Below, one piece after another: positions 26,440 through 35,123 of a stretch of 36,815 nt of DNA. Origin of the DNA: Deinococcaceae bacterium (GTDB lineage: Bacteria; Deinococcota; Deinococci; Deinococcales; Trueperaceae). Position 1 is the first letter of the stretch; every line of letters starts with the position of its first letter. Where the stretch lies: NCBI GenBank assembly GCA_040256005.1, contig JBDZWC010000012.1:1-36815 (forward strand), given 5' to 3'. Both the position numbers and the translations under genes were made by a program. Under the pieces are notes generated by a model, which was not told where the DNA came from, did not search any database, and was given only the letters and a program-made list of their open reading frames with translations.

Positions 26440-27984
26440 GTGGGTCACTGCCTCGTCAGCTTCCGCGGCCTCGAAGCGCCCGATTGGGTGCTCGCCGCCC
26501 TGCGCGACGGCCGGGTACCCGGCGTGTGCCTGTTCGCGTTCAACTTCGCGAGCCTGGGTCAGTTCCAGGCGCTGACCCGTTCCCTGCATGAGGCGGCCGC
26601 CGAGGGCGGACAACTGCCCCCCATCGTCGCGATCGACCAGGAGGGCGGCCAGCTCATGGCAGTCGAGGGTGGTGCCACTGAGCTGCCAGGCAACATGGCG
26701 CTGGGAGCCTCGCGGTCGCCTAAGCTCGCGCGCGAGGCGGGTCGCATCCTCGGCGCTGAGCTCGCCGACCTGGGCGTGAACATGAACCTCGCGCCGGTGC
26801 TGGACCTAGCGAGCCGCCCCGAGAACCCCGTCGTGGGCCTGCGTTCCTTCGGAGACGATCCGGGATCGGTCGCCCGACTGGGCGTGGCCATGATCCAGGG
26901 GATGCAGGGGGCCGGTGTGCTTGCCTGCGCCAAGCACTTCCCGGGCCACGGCAACACGGCCATCGATTCGCATCACGCGGTGGCGAGCGTCGATCGGACG
27001 CTCGAGGAGCTGCGGAGCCTCGAACTGATCCCGTTCGAGGCAGCCTTCGCGGCTGGCGTCGGCGCCGTGATGGCAGCGCACGTGCATTACCCGCGGCTGG
27101 AGGACCTGCCCGCCACGTTCTCACCCAAGGTGCTGCAGGACGTCTTGCGGGGTCACCTCGGGTTCACCGGCCTGACCGTAACAGACGCTCTGGACATGCA
27201 CGCCTTGGCCCAGGTGCCCGGCCCCGACCGCGCCAGGACGGCGCTGGAGGCAGGCGCCGACCTCGCGATCCTCGGGCACCTGCCGCGTCAGGAGGAGATC
27301 GTCGCCGACCTGGCGGACCTGTGGTCGCCGGAGTCGCTCGAGCGGGTGACGGCGGTGCGCGCTGCGTTGCCCGCGTACGCCCCGCGAGCGGTGAGACCGG
27401 CGGTCGACTGGGCGGGGCACGCGGTCATGGCGAAGGAGATGGCCGCAGCCGCGATCACCGTCGTCCGTGGCGTGGACCGGCTGCCTCTGGAGCTGGATCC
27501 AGGCGATCGCATGTGCGTCGTGACCGTCTCGGCAGGGAACCTGACACCGGCCGAGACGGTCGGGCACGGCACCGTGGACCTGGCCGCCGAGGTCAGGCGG
27601 CGCCACGCGAACGTAGTGTCGGTTCGGTTCGCCTTCGGCTCCAGGGCTGGTGCGCGCGAAGCCGCGATCCGGGACGTCCTGGAGGCCGCTTCCGGGGCGC
27701 GTTCGGTCCTGCTGGCGACGGTCGACGCCGTGGCTGACGAGGGACAGCAGAAGCTGTTCGCCACGCTGCTGGCGCGGAGGCACGACCCCATCGTCATGGC
27801 TCTGCGCAACCCGCTCGATGTGACCACGTTGGCAGGAAGCCCCGTCGCCCTGTGCACCTACGGGCGGCGAGAGGACCAGGTAGCTGCCGCGGTGGCGGTG
27901 CTCTTCGGCGAGGTCCGGCCCAGCGGCCGGTTGCCCGTGCGCATGGGAACACCTGTCGACGTAGCGGACGTGCAGCGAGGATGA
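26440..27984 (+). CDS. nagZ: GH3 beta-N-acetylhexosaminidase (NagZ-like, two-domain, cytoplasmic)
   Basis: DQEGG, KHFPGHGNTAIDSH (NagZ Asp-His dyad loop) and nucleophile TDALDM; no signal peptide. Confidence 0.88.
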   Translation: MGHCLVSFRGLEAPDWVLAALRDGRVPGVCLFAFNFASLGQFQALTRSLHEAAAEGGQLPPIVAIDQEGGQLMAVEGGATELPGNMALGASRSPKLAREAGRILGAELADLGVNMNLAPVLDLASRPENPVVGLRSFGDDPGSVARLGVAMIQGMQGAGVLACAKHFPGHGNTAIDSHHAVASVDRTLEELRSLELIPFEAAFAAGVGAVMAAHVHYPRLEDLPATFSPKVLQDVLRGHLGFTGLTVTDALDMHALAQVPGPDRARTALEAGADLAILGHLPRQEEIVADLADLWSPESLERVTAVRAALPAYAPRAVRPAVDWAGHAVMAKEMAAAAITVVRGVDRLPLELDPGDRMCVVTVSAGNLTPAETVGHGTVDLAAEVRRRHANVVSVRFAFGSRAGAREAAIRDVLEAASGARSVLLATVDAVADEGQQKLFATLLARRHDPIVMALRNPLDVTTLAGSPVALCTYGRREDQVAAAVAVLFGEVRPSGRLPVRMGTPVDVADVQRG

Positions 27985-29072
27985 TTCCCTGGCGGTCGAG
28001 GGAACGTCCCGAGCGCGCGGCTAAGCAGACGCGTGCCGTTTCGGGCTGGATCCACCGCTTAGCACTGACGGCGAGCGTGGCACTCGTGCTCGCGCTGCTC
28101 GGTGTCGCGGTCGCCCAGGCCTCTTGGTGCGTCGCCGTCTGGTACCCCTCCTCCGAGCATCCGGGTGGAGCCCAGTCCATCGCCGAGAACCTGGACGTCA
28201 TCGACGTCGTGCATCCGTTCTGGTTCACGCCGGATGCCGAGGGCGAGCTCCTGGATCAGGGCGGCGCCAACGCCGCGGACCAGGTGCGTACCTGGCAGGA
28301 GTCAGGGCTGCTGGTTCTGCCCAGCGTCTTCAGCGGGCACGCCGGGTTCCTGGCGGATGACCTGAGGCACGACCATGTGAGGGCGATCGTGAACCTCGTG
28401 AACGAGCGCGGCTTCGACGGCATCGACATCGACTACGAGGGGTTCCCGCTCGCCACGCGCGAGTCGTTCTCCGCGTTCGTGGAGGACCTGGCAGAGGCGC
28501 TCCATGCGATCGGGAAGCTCCTGAGTGTCACCGTGCACGCCAAGACAGAGGAGACCCCGCCGTACGAGGGAGCGGCCGCGCAGGACTGGAGGCGTCTGGC
28601 CGCGGCCGCGGATATCTTCAACCTGATGACGTACGACTTCACGAACCGCAACGAGCCGCCAGGGCCCGTCGCGGACGTCGCTTGGGTCTCAGACGTCGTG
28701 AGCTACGCCGCCACCGTCACCGATGTGGCCGACGTGCGAGTGGGCTTGCCCTTCTACGGCTATAGCTGGACGAGGGCCAGGCCACCGGCGCGGGCGACGA
28801 CTTGGGAGGCGTCCGACCGACTGGTGCGGCAGTTCGGCCTGGCGCCGGAGCGGGACCCGAGCAGCGGGGAGCTTGTGATCGACCTGGACGTGCGGGGACT
28901 GCCGCGACAGGTCATCTACGTCAACGACGGCGAAACGCTGAGAGGCCGACTCGAAGCTCTGGAGGGGCTGGGCGTGGGCGGCGTGGCGATCTGGGGCCTG
29001 GGCGGAGAGGACCCCGCTGTGTGGGACTTCCTGCGGAAGGCGCGTCCGGCACAGTGCGCGGTGGGCCGATGA
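27981..29072 (+). CDS. Secreted GH18 chitinase-like glycoside hydrolase
   Basis: DGIDIDYE catalytic motif, LMTYD, GLPFYGY and AIWGLG; signal peptide ending AQA; ATGA overlap. Confidence 0.88.
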   Translation: MIPWRSRERPERAAKQTRAVSGWIHRLALTASVALVLALLGVAVAQASWCVAVWYPSSEHPGGAQSIAENLDVIDVVHPFWFTPDAEGELLDQGGANAADQVRTWQESGLLVLPSVFSGHAGFLADDLRHDHVRAIVNLVNERGFDGIDIDYEGFPLATRESFSAFVEDLAEALHAIGKLLSVTVHAKTEETPPYEGAAAQDWRRLAAAADIFNLMTYDFTNRNEPPGPVADVAWVSDVVSYAATVTDVADVRVGLPFYGYSWTRARPPARATTWEASDRLVRQFGLAPERDPSSGELVIDLDVRGLPRQVIYVNDGETLRGRLEALEGLGVGGVAIWGLGGEDPAVWDFLRKARPAQCAVGR

Positions 29073-30136
29073 GCCTGGCGCTGGGCAAGCCGGCGAGCAT
29101 GGAGGGCCTTCGGCGGAACAACCTCCGCGCGGTGCTGAGGGCCCTCTACCGGGGCGAGGCGAGCTCGCGCAGCGAACTGGCACTTGTCACCGGCCTGACC
29201 AAGCCGACCGTATCCACGCTGGTCAGCGAGCTGATGGACGAGGGGCTGGTCACGGAGCAGGGGCCGGGCAAGGCTTCCGCCGGGGGCGGCAAGCGACCCA
29301 CACTGCTCAGGTTCGAGACCGGCGCCAGGCAGGTGGTAGGCGTGAGCGTGGGTGACGGGCAGGCGCGAGGTGTGCTCTCGGACCTGGCCGGTACTGTCAG
29401 CGCCATGCACGTCACGAACTTGGGCGACGACCCCGAGGCCGCCGTGCTCGCGGTGGTGGCCGGGTTGAACGCCCAGCTGGACGCGCGGTTGGCGAGCGTG
29501 GGCGTCGGGTTGCCGGGCCCGCTCAGTGCGAGCGTGATGTCGGAGGGACTGTCGAGGCGGTTGGAGATACCCGTGCACGCCGCCGGTCGCGCCGAGCTGG
29601 GGGCCCTCGGGCAACTCGCGTTCGGCGGTGGGTCAGACGGCACGCTGGTAAGCATCGTCGTGGACGAGAGCGTGGAAGTGGGCGTCTGCCTGGCCGGCGG
29701 CACGGTGCACTACGGCAGCGACCTGCGGGCGCTCGCGCCGGGGCTGGACTGGGCCACGATTCGCTCGGAGATCCTAGCCGCGTTGAGCGGCGCTGCCGAA
29801 GAGCAGAGGCCCGGCGCCCTCTGCCTGGCGCTGCGCTCGGCAGCCGCGAGGGGGGATGACGCCGCCAAGGAACTCGTCAGCGAGCTAGCGAGCCGTCTCG
29901 GAGCGGTGCTGTCCTGGGTGGTGGCCACCCTCAGACCAAGTCAGGTCGCTCTCGGTGGTCCGCTGGCAGAGCTCGGCGCTCCGTTCCTCGACCTGCTACG
30001 GCTGGGCGCCTCGGCCCGCCTGCCCGTGTGGCAGATGGAGGGCGTCGAGCTGACTGTCGTATACACGCAGCAGGTATCCGCCATGGGTGCGGTGGCTCTG
30101 GCCGTGCAGCGCGAGCTGGAGCTGCTGTTCGGATGA
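29069..30136 (+). CDS. ROK family transcriptional repressor with a degenerate sugar-binding domain
   Basis: HTH SRSELALVTGLTKPTVSTLV and GGGKRPTLL; ROK scaffold GVGLPGP, RPSQVALGG and SAMGA; ATGA overlap. Confidence 0.85.
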   Translation: MSLALGKPASMEGLRRNNLRAVLRALYRGEASSRSELALVTGLTKPTVSTLVSELMDEGLVTEQGPGKASAGGGKRPTLLRFETGARQVVGVSVGDGQARGVLSDLAGTVSAMHVTNLGDDPEAAVLAVVAGLNAQLDARLASVGVGLPGPLSASVMSEGLSRRLEIPVHAAGRAELGALGQLAFGGGSDGTLVSIVVDESVEVGVCLAGGTVHYGSDLRALAPGLDWATIRSEILAALSGAAEEQRPGALCLALRSAAARGDDAAKELVSELASRLGAVLSWVVATLRPSQVALGGPLAELGAPFLDLLRLGASARLPVWQMEGVELTVVYTQQVSAMGAVALAVQRELELLFG

Positions 30137-30933
30137 CGGCCTGGGTGCTCACCAACGACGCGGACGCGGTGTTCCAGAGCGCGGTCGTGCGAGGCGCGGC
30201 CGCGGTGATGACGGGCGCTGGAAGGGCTACCCGGGTCATCGAGATCGGCCCGCTGGCCCAGCCGGCTGACCTCTCCCGGGCCCTGGCGCGGCAGGATGGC
30301 GCGCTGGTACTGGCATCGGCGCTGAACGAGGCGGCGCTCGCCAAACTGCGCGGTCGCGTGGGTGCGGTCACACTGGTCAGCCACCTCTCCGACGGGGCGC
30401 AGGTGCCGGCCGTCCTTCACGACAACGCTCAGGGCATGCGCCAGCTCGTCGAGCATCTCGTCGCCTGCGGCCGCCGGTCCTTCGTCTACATCCGCGGTGA
30501 CCTGACCCAAGTGGACGGCCGGCATCGCGAGGCTGCCTTCCGGGAAGAGGTCCTGCGTCAGGGCCTCGAGATGGGTGAGGAGCGCGTCCTGGCCGGCGGT
30601 TTCGTGCCCGGGGTGGCACGGGAGTCGGTGGCGGAGCTGGTCCGGAGCGGCGAGGGGTTCGACGCGATCGTAGCGGCCGACTACCTCATGGCCATCGAGG
30701 CGCTGGGCGCCTTGCGCCGGGCGGGAGTCGAGGTGCCGACCCAGGTCTCTGTGGTGGGGTTCGGCGACGGTCCCGAGGCCGTGCAAGCGGACCTCACGGT
30801 AGTAGCGGCCGACGTTGAGGAGCTGGGTAGCCGCGCCGCGAGGCAACTACTGGCTCAGCTGGCGGGTGGACGCATCACGGGCCACACCCTGTTGAGCACC
30901 CGGCTGGTGGTGCGAGGCACGAGCGTCAGATAG
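30133..30933 (+). CDS. Stand-alone LacI-type effector-binding domain (no HTH, no signal peptide)
   Basis: DNAQGMRQLVEHL, REAAF, FDAIVAADYLMA, VPTQVSVVGFGD, LTVV and TRLVVRGT; ATGA overlap with the ROK stop. Confidence 0.8.
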   Translation: MTAWVLTNDADAVFQSAVVRGAAAVMTGAGRATRVIEIGPLAQPADLSRALARQDGALVLASALNEAALAKLRGRVGAVTLVSHLSDGAQVPAVLHDNAQGMRQLVEHLVACGRRSFVYIRGDLTQVDGRHREAAFREEVLRQGLEMGEERVLAGGFVPGVARESVAELVRSGEGFDAIVAADYLMAIEALGALRRAGVEVPTQVSVVGFGDGPEAVQADLTVVAADVEELGSRAARQLLAQLAGGRITGHTLLSTRLVVRGTSVR

Positions 30934-30960
30934 AAGGTCCGTGCCAGAGCTCGCTCCAGC

Positions 30961-31168
30961 GAAGGTCCCGCCGCCCGGAGGGGGAAAGAGCCGGACGGCG
31001 GGTGCTAGAGAGTCCCACCTACCCGAAGGGCCGCCGGGTAAGTGGAGGAGGGAGGGTCCGCGCAGAGGCGTGCGGCCTGACGCCGAAGGTGTCTACTTGC
31101 CTCTTCTCGCGCCGGCGGAAGGTGTTCTTCGCTAGCCGGCTGGCGATGCCGTTGCCCTCTCTCGCTAG
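30961..31168 (-). ncRNA. Candidate structured small RNA between convergent genes
   Basis: Several stems (30967-31002 and 31015-31045 pair fully with U-G on the minus strand), C/U-rich anti-SD-like linkers and no convincing ORF. Confidence 0.35.
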
Positions 31169-31222
31169 TAATTACGCGGGCGCGGTCCGAACGGATGCGA
31201 TAGGCGGTACTAGGTTGCGTTG

Positions 31223-31243
31223 CTTGGACGGGCCTTGGACGGG
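31223..31243. repeat. Tandem 10-bp direct repeat CTTGGACGGG (11-nt period)
   Basis: CTTGGACGGG-C-CTTGGACGGG. Confidence 0.6.
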
Positions 31244-31277
31244 GTGAGCTTGCTACACCTGCGCCGGGGGGACATGA

Positions 31278-31305
31278 CCGGGGCGGCCTGCAGGGGTCGC
31301 CCCGG
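31278..31305 (-). terminator. Hairpin downstream of the deaminase gene
   Basis: CCGGGGCGGCC/GGTCGCCCCGG inverted repeat 2 nt after the stop codon. Confidence 0.55.
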
Positions 31306-31307
31306 CC

Positions 31308-31763
31308 TCATTCCACGCCGATGTCTTCGTTCCACAGCTCCGGATGTTCGGCGATGAACGCCGTCATCATCCGGACGCACTCCTCGTCATCGAGGTCTAT
31401 GACGCTCACGCCCTGCTCCCGCAGCCACTTCGCGCCGCCTTGGAAGGTGCGGGACTCGCCGACTACGACGGTGCCGATACCGAACTGCTTGACCAGGCCG
31501 CTGCAGTACCAGCACGGCTCGAGCGTCGTGACCATGATGGTGTTGCGGTAGCTGCGCTGACGGCCGGCGTTCCGGAAGGCGTCGGTCTCACCATGGCTGC
31601 TCGGGTCCCCGTCCTGTACCCGTCGGTTGTGACCTCGGCCCAACAACGTGCCATCGTCCCGGAACAGCGCAGCGCCGATCGGGATGCCGCCCTCCGCTAG
31701 GCCCTGACGGGCCTCCCCAAGAGCGACTGGCAGCATCTGCTCGTAGTCCGTTCGCGTGAGCAA
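31308..31763 (-). CDS. Zinc nucleoside/cytosine deaminase (yeast Fcy1-like CDA fold)
   Basis: EGGIPIGA, GHNRRVQ, HGE, PCWYC and WNEDIG; GGGAGG SD and TTG start. Confidence 0.9.
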   Translation of the reverse strand: MLTRTDYEQMLPVALGEARQGLAEGGIPIGAALFRDDGTLLGRGHNRRVQDGDPSSHGETDAFRNAGRQRSYRNTIMVTTLEPCWYCSGLVKQFGIGTVVVGESRTFQGGAKWLREQGVSVIDLDDEECVRMMTAFIAEHPELWNEDIGVE

Positions 31764-31775
31764 GTCGCCTCCCTT

Positions 31776-32312
31776 CTACCCGAGCCCGTAGCGCTCTCTC
31801 AGCAGCCTCAGGTGATGTTCCACGTGGCCCGCGGTCACGAAGGCTAACGCCCTGACGCTCACTGTGCGCTCGCTGGCCACGCCCTTACGACTCCAGGCCT
31901 CGGGTGGGAGGTGACGGAAGAGCGTCGTGGTCGCGCTACGAACGGCTTGGAACTCTGCGATCAGGCTCTCCCAGGGGCGTGAATCGCAGCCGGCCGCGCT
32001 CACTGCCGCGTCCTGATCGAAGCCCGGGAGTGGAGCTTCCAAGCCGCGGGCGAACCAGAAGGCGCGGAAGACGAACACCCTCTCGGTGTCGTTGATATGG
32101 CCCACCACCTCGCGCACGGACCACTTCCCGGGCGCGTAGCGGTCCAGCGTGCGCCCCTCCGGGATGGACCCGAGGTAGGCGAGCGTCGTCGCAGCCTGCG
32201 CCTCGAGCGTGTCGCGGATGTCCCCTACGGGGACCTTGTCGACGTACTGGAAGAAGTACTCGGGCGCCTCGTCACGCGCGGGTCTCTCGGCAAGGTCGAG
32301 CGCATGGTTCAC
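31776..32312 (-). CDS. DinB family protein
   Basis: RYAPGKWSVREVVGHINDTERVF, LPGFDQD and AGHVEHH; GGAGG SD before GTG 32312. Confidence 0.85.
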   Translation of the reverse strand: MNHALDLAERPARDEAPEYFFQYVDKVPVGDIRDTLEAQAATTLAYLGSIPEGRTLDRYAPGKWSVREVVGHINDTERVFVFRAFWFARGLEAPLPGFDQDAAVSAAGCDSRPWESLIAEFQAVRSATTTLFRHLPPEAWSRKGVASERTVSVRALAFVTAGHVEHHLRLLRERYGLG

Positions 32313-32389
32313 CTGGTTCGCCTCCGCAGTCGAGTATGACGCGGCCGCCGCGAGGACAGCACGGCGGCCGGGGGCTGGAGTTCCGTTTG

Positions 32390-33706
32390 CTAGACCAGCA
32401 GCAGGACGATGGACAGGGCGAAGATCACCCACAAAACCGGGCCCACTTGGGACACCTTGCCGGTGAGCAGCTTCAGCAGCACGTAGACGATGAAGCCCAG
32501 CACGATGCCTGTGGTGATCGAGTAGGAGAACGGGATCGCGATCAGCGCGACGAAAGCCGGGATGGCGTTGTCGTAGTCGCTCCAGTCCAGGTCCCGCAAC
32601 GCGCCCATCATGAACAGGCCCACCATCACCAGTACCGGCGCCGTGGCCACCGAGGGGATCAGCCCCAGGAGCGGGGAGAAGAACATGAAGGGGAGGAAGA
32701 GCAGACCGACGACCACCGCGGTCAAGCCCGAGCGGCCGCCCGCGTTCACGCCCGCCGCCGACTCGATGTACGACGTGCCAGACGAGCTTCCCACGATGCC
32801 AGAGAGGGTGGTAGAGACGCCGTCCACCAGCATGGCCTTGCCGACGTTCTTGGGTGTCCCGTCAGGCTCCTGCAGTCCGGCGACCTTGGTCACGCCCACG
32901 AAGGTGGAGATCGAGTCGAACATGTCCGTGAAGAGCAGCGCGAACACGGGCGCGAGGATGCCGGCCGTGAAGACGCCCCCAAGGTCGAGCGCCAGGAACG
33001 TCTCGAGCGACGGCAGGGCCACGATCGACGAGGGGTAGAACACCGTTCCTTCGATCCAGCCGATGGCTTGGAAGATGATCGCCGCGATCGTCGTGACGAC
33101 GATGGCGATGAGCAGGGCACCATGCACCTTGCGTACGAGGAGCCAGCCGGCGACCACCAGGCCGATGATGAAGAGGACGAAGAGGGGGCTCCACCCTCCG
33201 AAGGCGACGACCGTGGCTGGGCTCGCCACGATCACGCCGGCGTTGATCATGCCGATGAGGGCCAGGAACAGCCCGATGCCGGCCGCCACGCCGAGCCTGA
33301 TGCCAGCGGGCACGGCCCGAACGATGGCCTCGCGGATGTTGAAGCCAGGCAGCGACAGGAGGACGAAGACGATGCCGGAGACGAAGACCGCACCCAACGC
33401 TTCCTGCCACGTGAGGCCCTGGCCCAGGACGAGCGTGTAAGCGAAGAAGGCGTTGAGGCCCATGCCGGGCGCCAACGCGATCGGCAGGTTGGCGTACAGC
33501 CCCATGAGGATGCTCGAAAGGCCTGCGACCATCACGGTGGCGAACAGCGCCCCGTCCGCCGGCACGCCGCCATCGCCGAGCACGAGCGGGTTGACGATGA
33601 TGATGTAGGCCATCGTCAGGAAGGTCGTGATGCCGGCAATCAGCTCGGTGCGAGCGGTCGTGCCCAGCTCCCTCAGCTTGAACGTGGACTCCAGCCACTG
33701 GTTCAT
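32390..33706 (-). CDS. NCS2/AzgA-family nucleobase (purine) permease
   Basis: AGITTFLTMAYIIIVNP, ALAPGMGLNAFF and YIESAAGVNAGGRSGLT; ATG 33706 follows GGGAGAGG. Confidence 0.92.
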   Translation of the reverse strand: MNQWLESTFKLRELGTTARTELIAGITTFLTMAYIIIVNPLVLGDGGVPADGALFATVMVAGLSSILMGLYANLPIALAPGMGLNAFFAYTLVLGQGLTWQEALGAVFVSGIVFVLLSLPGFNIREAIVRAVPAGIRLGVAAGIGLFLALIGMINAGVIVASPATVVAFGGWSPLFVLFIIGLVVAGWLLVRKVHGALLIAIVVTTIAAIIFQAIGWIEGTVFYPSSIVALPSLETFLALDLGGVFTAGILAPVFALLFTDMFDSISTFVGVTKVAGLQEPDGTPKNVGKAMLVDGVSTTLSGIVGSSSGTSYIESAAGVNAGGRSGLTAVVVGLLFLPFMFFSPLLGLIPSVATAPVLVMVGLFMMGALRDLDWSDYDNAIPAFVALIAIPFSYSITTGIVLGFIVYVLLKLLTGKVSQVGPVLWVIFALSIVLLLV

Positions 33707-33709
33707 CGG

Positions 33710-33808
33710 CCTCTCCCTGGGGGGCGTGCGCATAGTCGCCCGTCCCTCACCGACCGTTCGCCGGAGAGGGGACGTCCGCTCTCTCTGTCGCCCACGCGAA
33801 AGAAGCTA
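33710..33808 (-). promoter_or_regulatory. Extended -10 promoter and riboswitch-like 5' leader of the NCS2 permease
   Basis: TGT-TAGCTT at 33803-33808; nested stems at 33724-33797; CCTCTCC inside the inner stem is complementary to the SD GGAGAGG. Confidence 0.45.
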
Positions 33809-33855
33809 ACACGTTCGCGGACACGATGGCTCATGGTTCTCATGTGCCCGTCTGG

Positions 33856-33875
33856 GGCGGGATTCTTAACCCGCC
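33856..33875 (-). terminator. Hairpin downstream of the MFS gene
   Basis: GGCGGG-N8-CCCGCC. Confidence 0.45.
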
Positions 33876-33879
33876 TGCG

Positions 33880-35094
33880 TCACGCTTCCGTGGGAGCCGG
33901 CGCCCGGGCCCGTCGCGTCCGTACCATCGGTAGGTACGCGAGCACCGCGACGGTCGAAAGTGCAGTTGTCGCCATGAAGGCGACCCTGTATCCTGCCACG
34001 CCGTCGCCCGCGCCGATCACGACGCCCATCAACCATTGGACGACCATGGCGCCGGCCATCCCGAAGAAGTTGACGCCGGTGAGGGCGCGACCCGTGAGAT
34101 TGAGCGGGAAGATCGCACGGACCTCGGCCGCAAGAACGACGAAGTAGGCGCTGGACAGCCCGAACACGAGGTATATGACCGCCACGGGTGCGGCCGGTAG
34201 CGCTATGGCCAGGAGCACCTGCGTAGCGACGAACACCGTGGCGCTCATCACGACCACCGAGCCGCGACCGAAGCGGTCCGCCAGCCACCCGCACGCCAGG
34301 TTGCCGGCGACGACGCCTATGCCCAGTGCTACCAGGGCGTTGCCCACCTGCAGGTCGCTGAACGCGTAGAGGTCCGTTAGGTACGGCCCTCCCCACAACC
34401 CTTGGACGGCGAACGTCGCACCCACCGTCGCGAGGTTCAGGAAAGCGATGCGCCAGAAGCGGTGGTCCCGGACGATGGTGTCGAGCCCAGCCCTCGCGGC
34501 GCCCCGTGTCCGCCAGGCGATGTTCGGAGGCGCGTTGCGGCCGCCGACCACTATCACGACCGCCGCTAGAGCGACGATGGCGGCACCCCACAAGAAGACC
34601 GCCCGCCAACCCAGTTCGCCGGCCAGCCAAGCCAGGGGCGTGCCCGCCAGCAGCGCGCCACTGGACCCGATACCCACGAGGACACCCGAGACGGTCGCGA
34701 ACCGCGCCGAGGGGAACCAGGAGGAGAACGCCTTCATCGCTCCCATCAGCACGCCGGCGAACCCCACGCCGAGGAGGGCTCTCGCGACGCTGAGGACGAG
34801 GTAGGACTCCCCGAGCGCGAACAGTAGCGAGCCGGCCGCCCCGACCAGCAACAGCGAAGGCGTGACGAGCCTCGGGCCCCAGCGGTCCAGCGCCGCTCCG
34901 AGCGGCAGCTGTGTTACCGCGAAGGCAAGGTAGAACAGGCTCGTCATGAACCCGAGCTGCTCGTTGCTCAGGCCCACGTCGGCGCGGAGGTCCGAGGCGA
35001 TGACCGCGTTGGCAGAGCGGTAGAAGTACGACAACAGGTACGCGAAGAGCCAGATGGCGAAGATCGACGACGCGCGAAGCACTCGCGCAACCAT
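33880..35094 (-). CDS. MFS transporter
   Basis: About 12 hydrophobic segments; GAALDRWGPR and GWLADRFGR motif-A repeats. Start is ATG 35094 or a leaderless GTG at 35082. Confidence 0.9.
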   Translation of the reverse strand: MVARVLRASSIFAIWLFAYLLSYFYRSANAVIASDLRADVGLSNEQLGFMTSLFYLAFAVTQLPLGAALDRWGPRLVTPSLLLVGAAGSLLFALGESYLVLSVARALLGVGFAGVLMGAMKAFSSWFPSARFATVSGVLVGIGSSGALLAGTPLAWLAGELGWRAVFLWGAAIVALAAVVIVVGGRNAPPNIAWRTRGAARAGLDTIVRDHRFWRIAFLNLATVGATFAVQGLWGGPYLTDLYAFSDLQVGNALVALGIGVVAGNLACGWLADRFGRGSVVVMSATVFVATQVLLAIALPAAPVAVIYLVFGLSSAYFVVLAAEVRAIFPLNLTGRALTGVNFFGMAGAMVVQWLMGVVIGAGDGVAGYRVAFMATTALSTVAVLAYLPMVRTRRARAPAPTEA

Positions 35095-35123
35095 ACCGAC
35101 GTTGGTGCGTAAGCTGGGTCCAC

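Noticed and set aside
31004..31135. Plus-strand GAGAG...CGCCGAAGG resembling a glycine riboswitch, and a 21-aa ORF with two AEGV repeats
   Set aside because: No CUCUCAGG element and no downstream plus-strand gene; the ORF's SD-to-start spacing is too long.
33710..33880. Canonical guanine/adenine riboswitch upstream of the NCS2 permease
   Set aside because: The conserved UAUAAU...UUUCUACC...CCGUAAA core is absent; the leader is reported as a different candidate instead.
32336..34147. 603-aa plus-strand ORF and similar long Arg/His-rich alternative-frame ORFs throughout the window
   Set aside because: They overlap well-supported genes, have low-complexity shadow composition and show no motifs.
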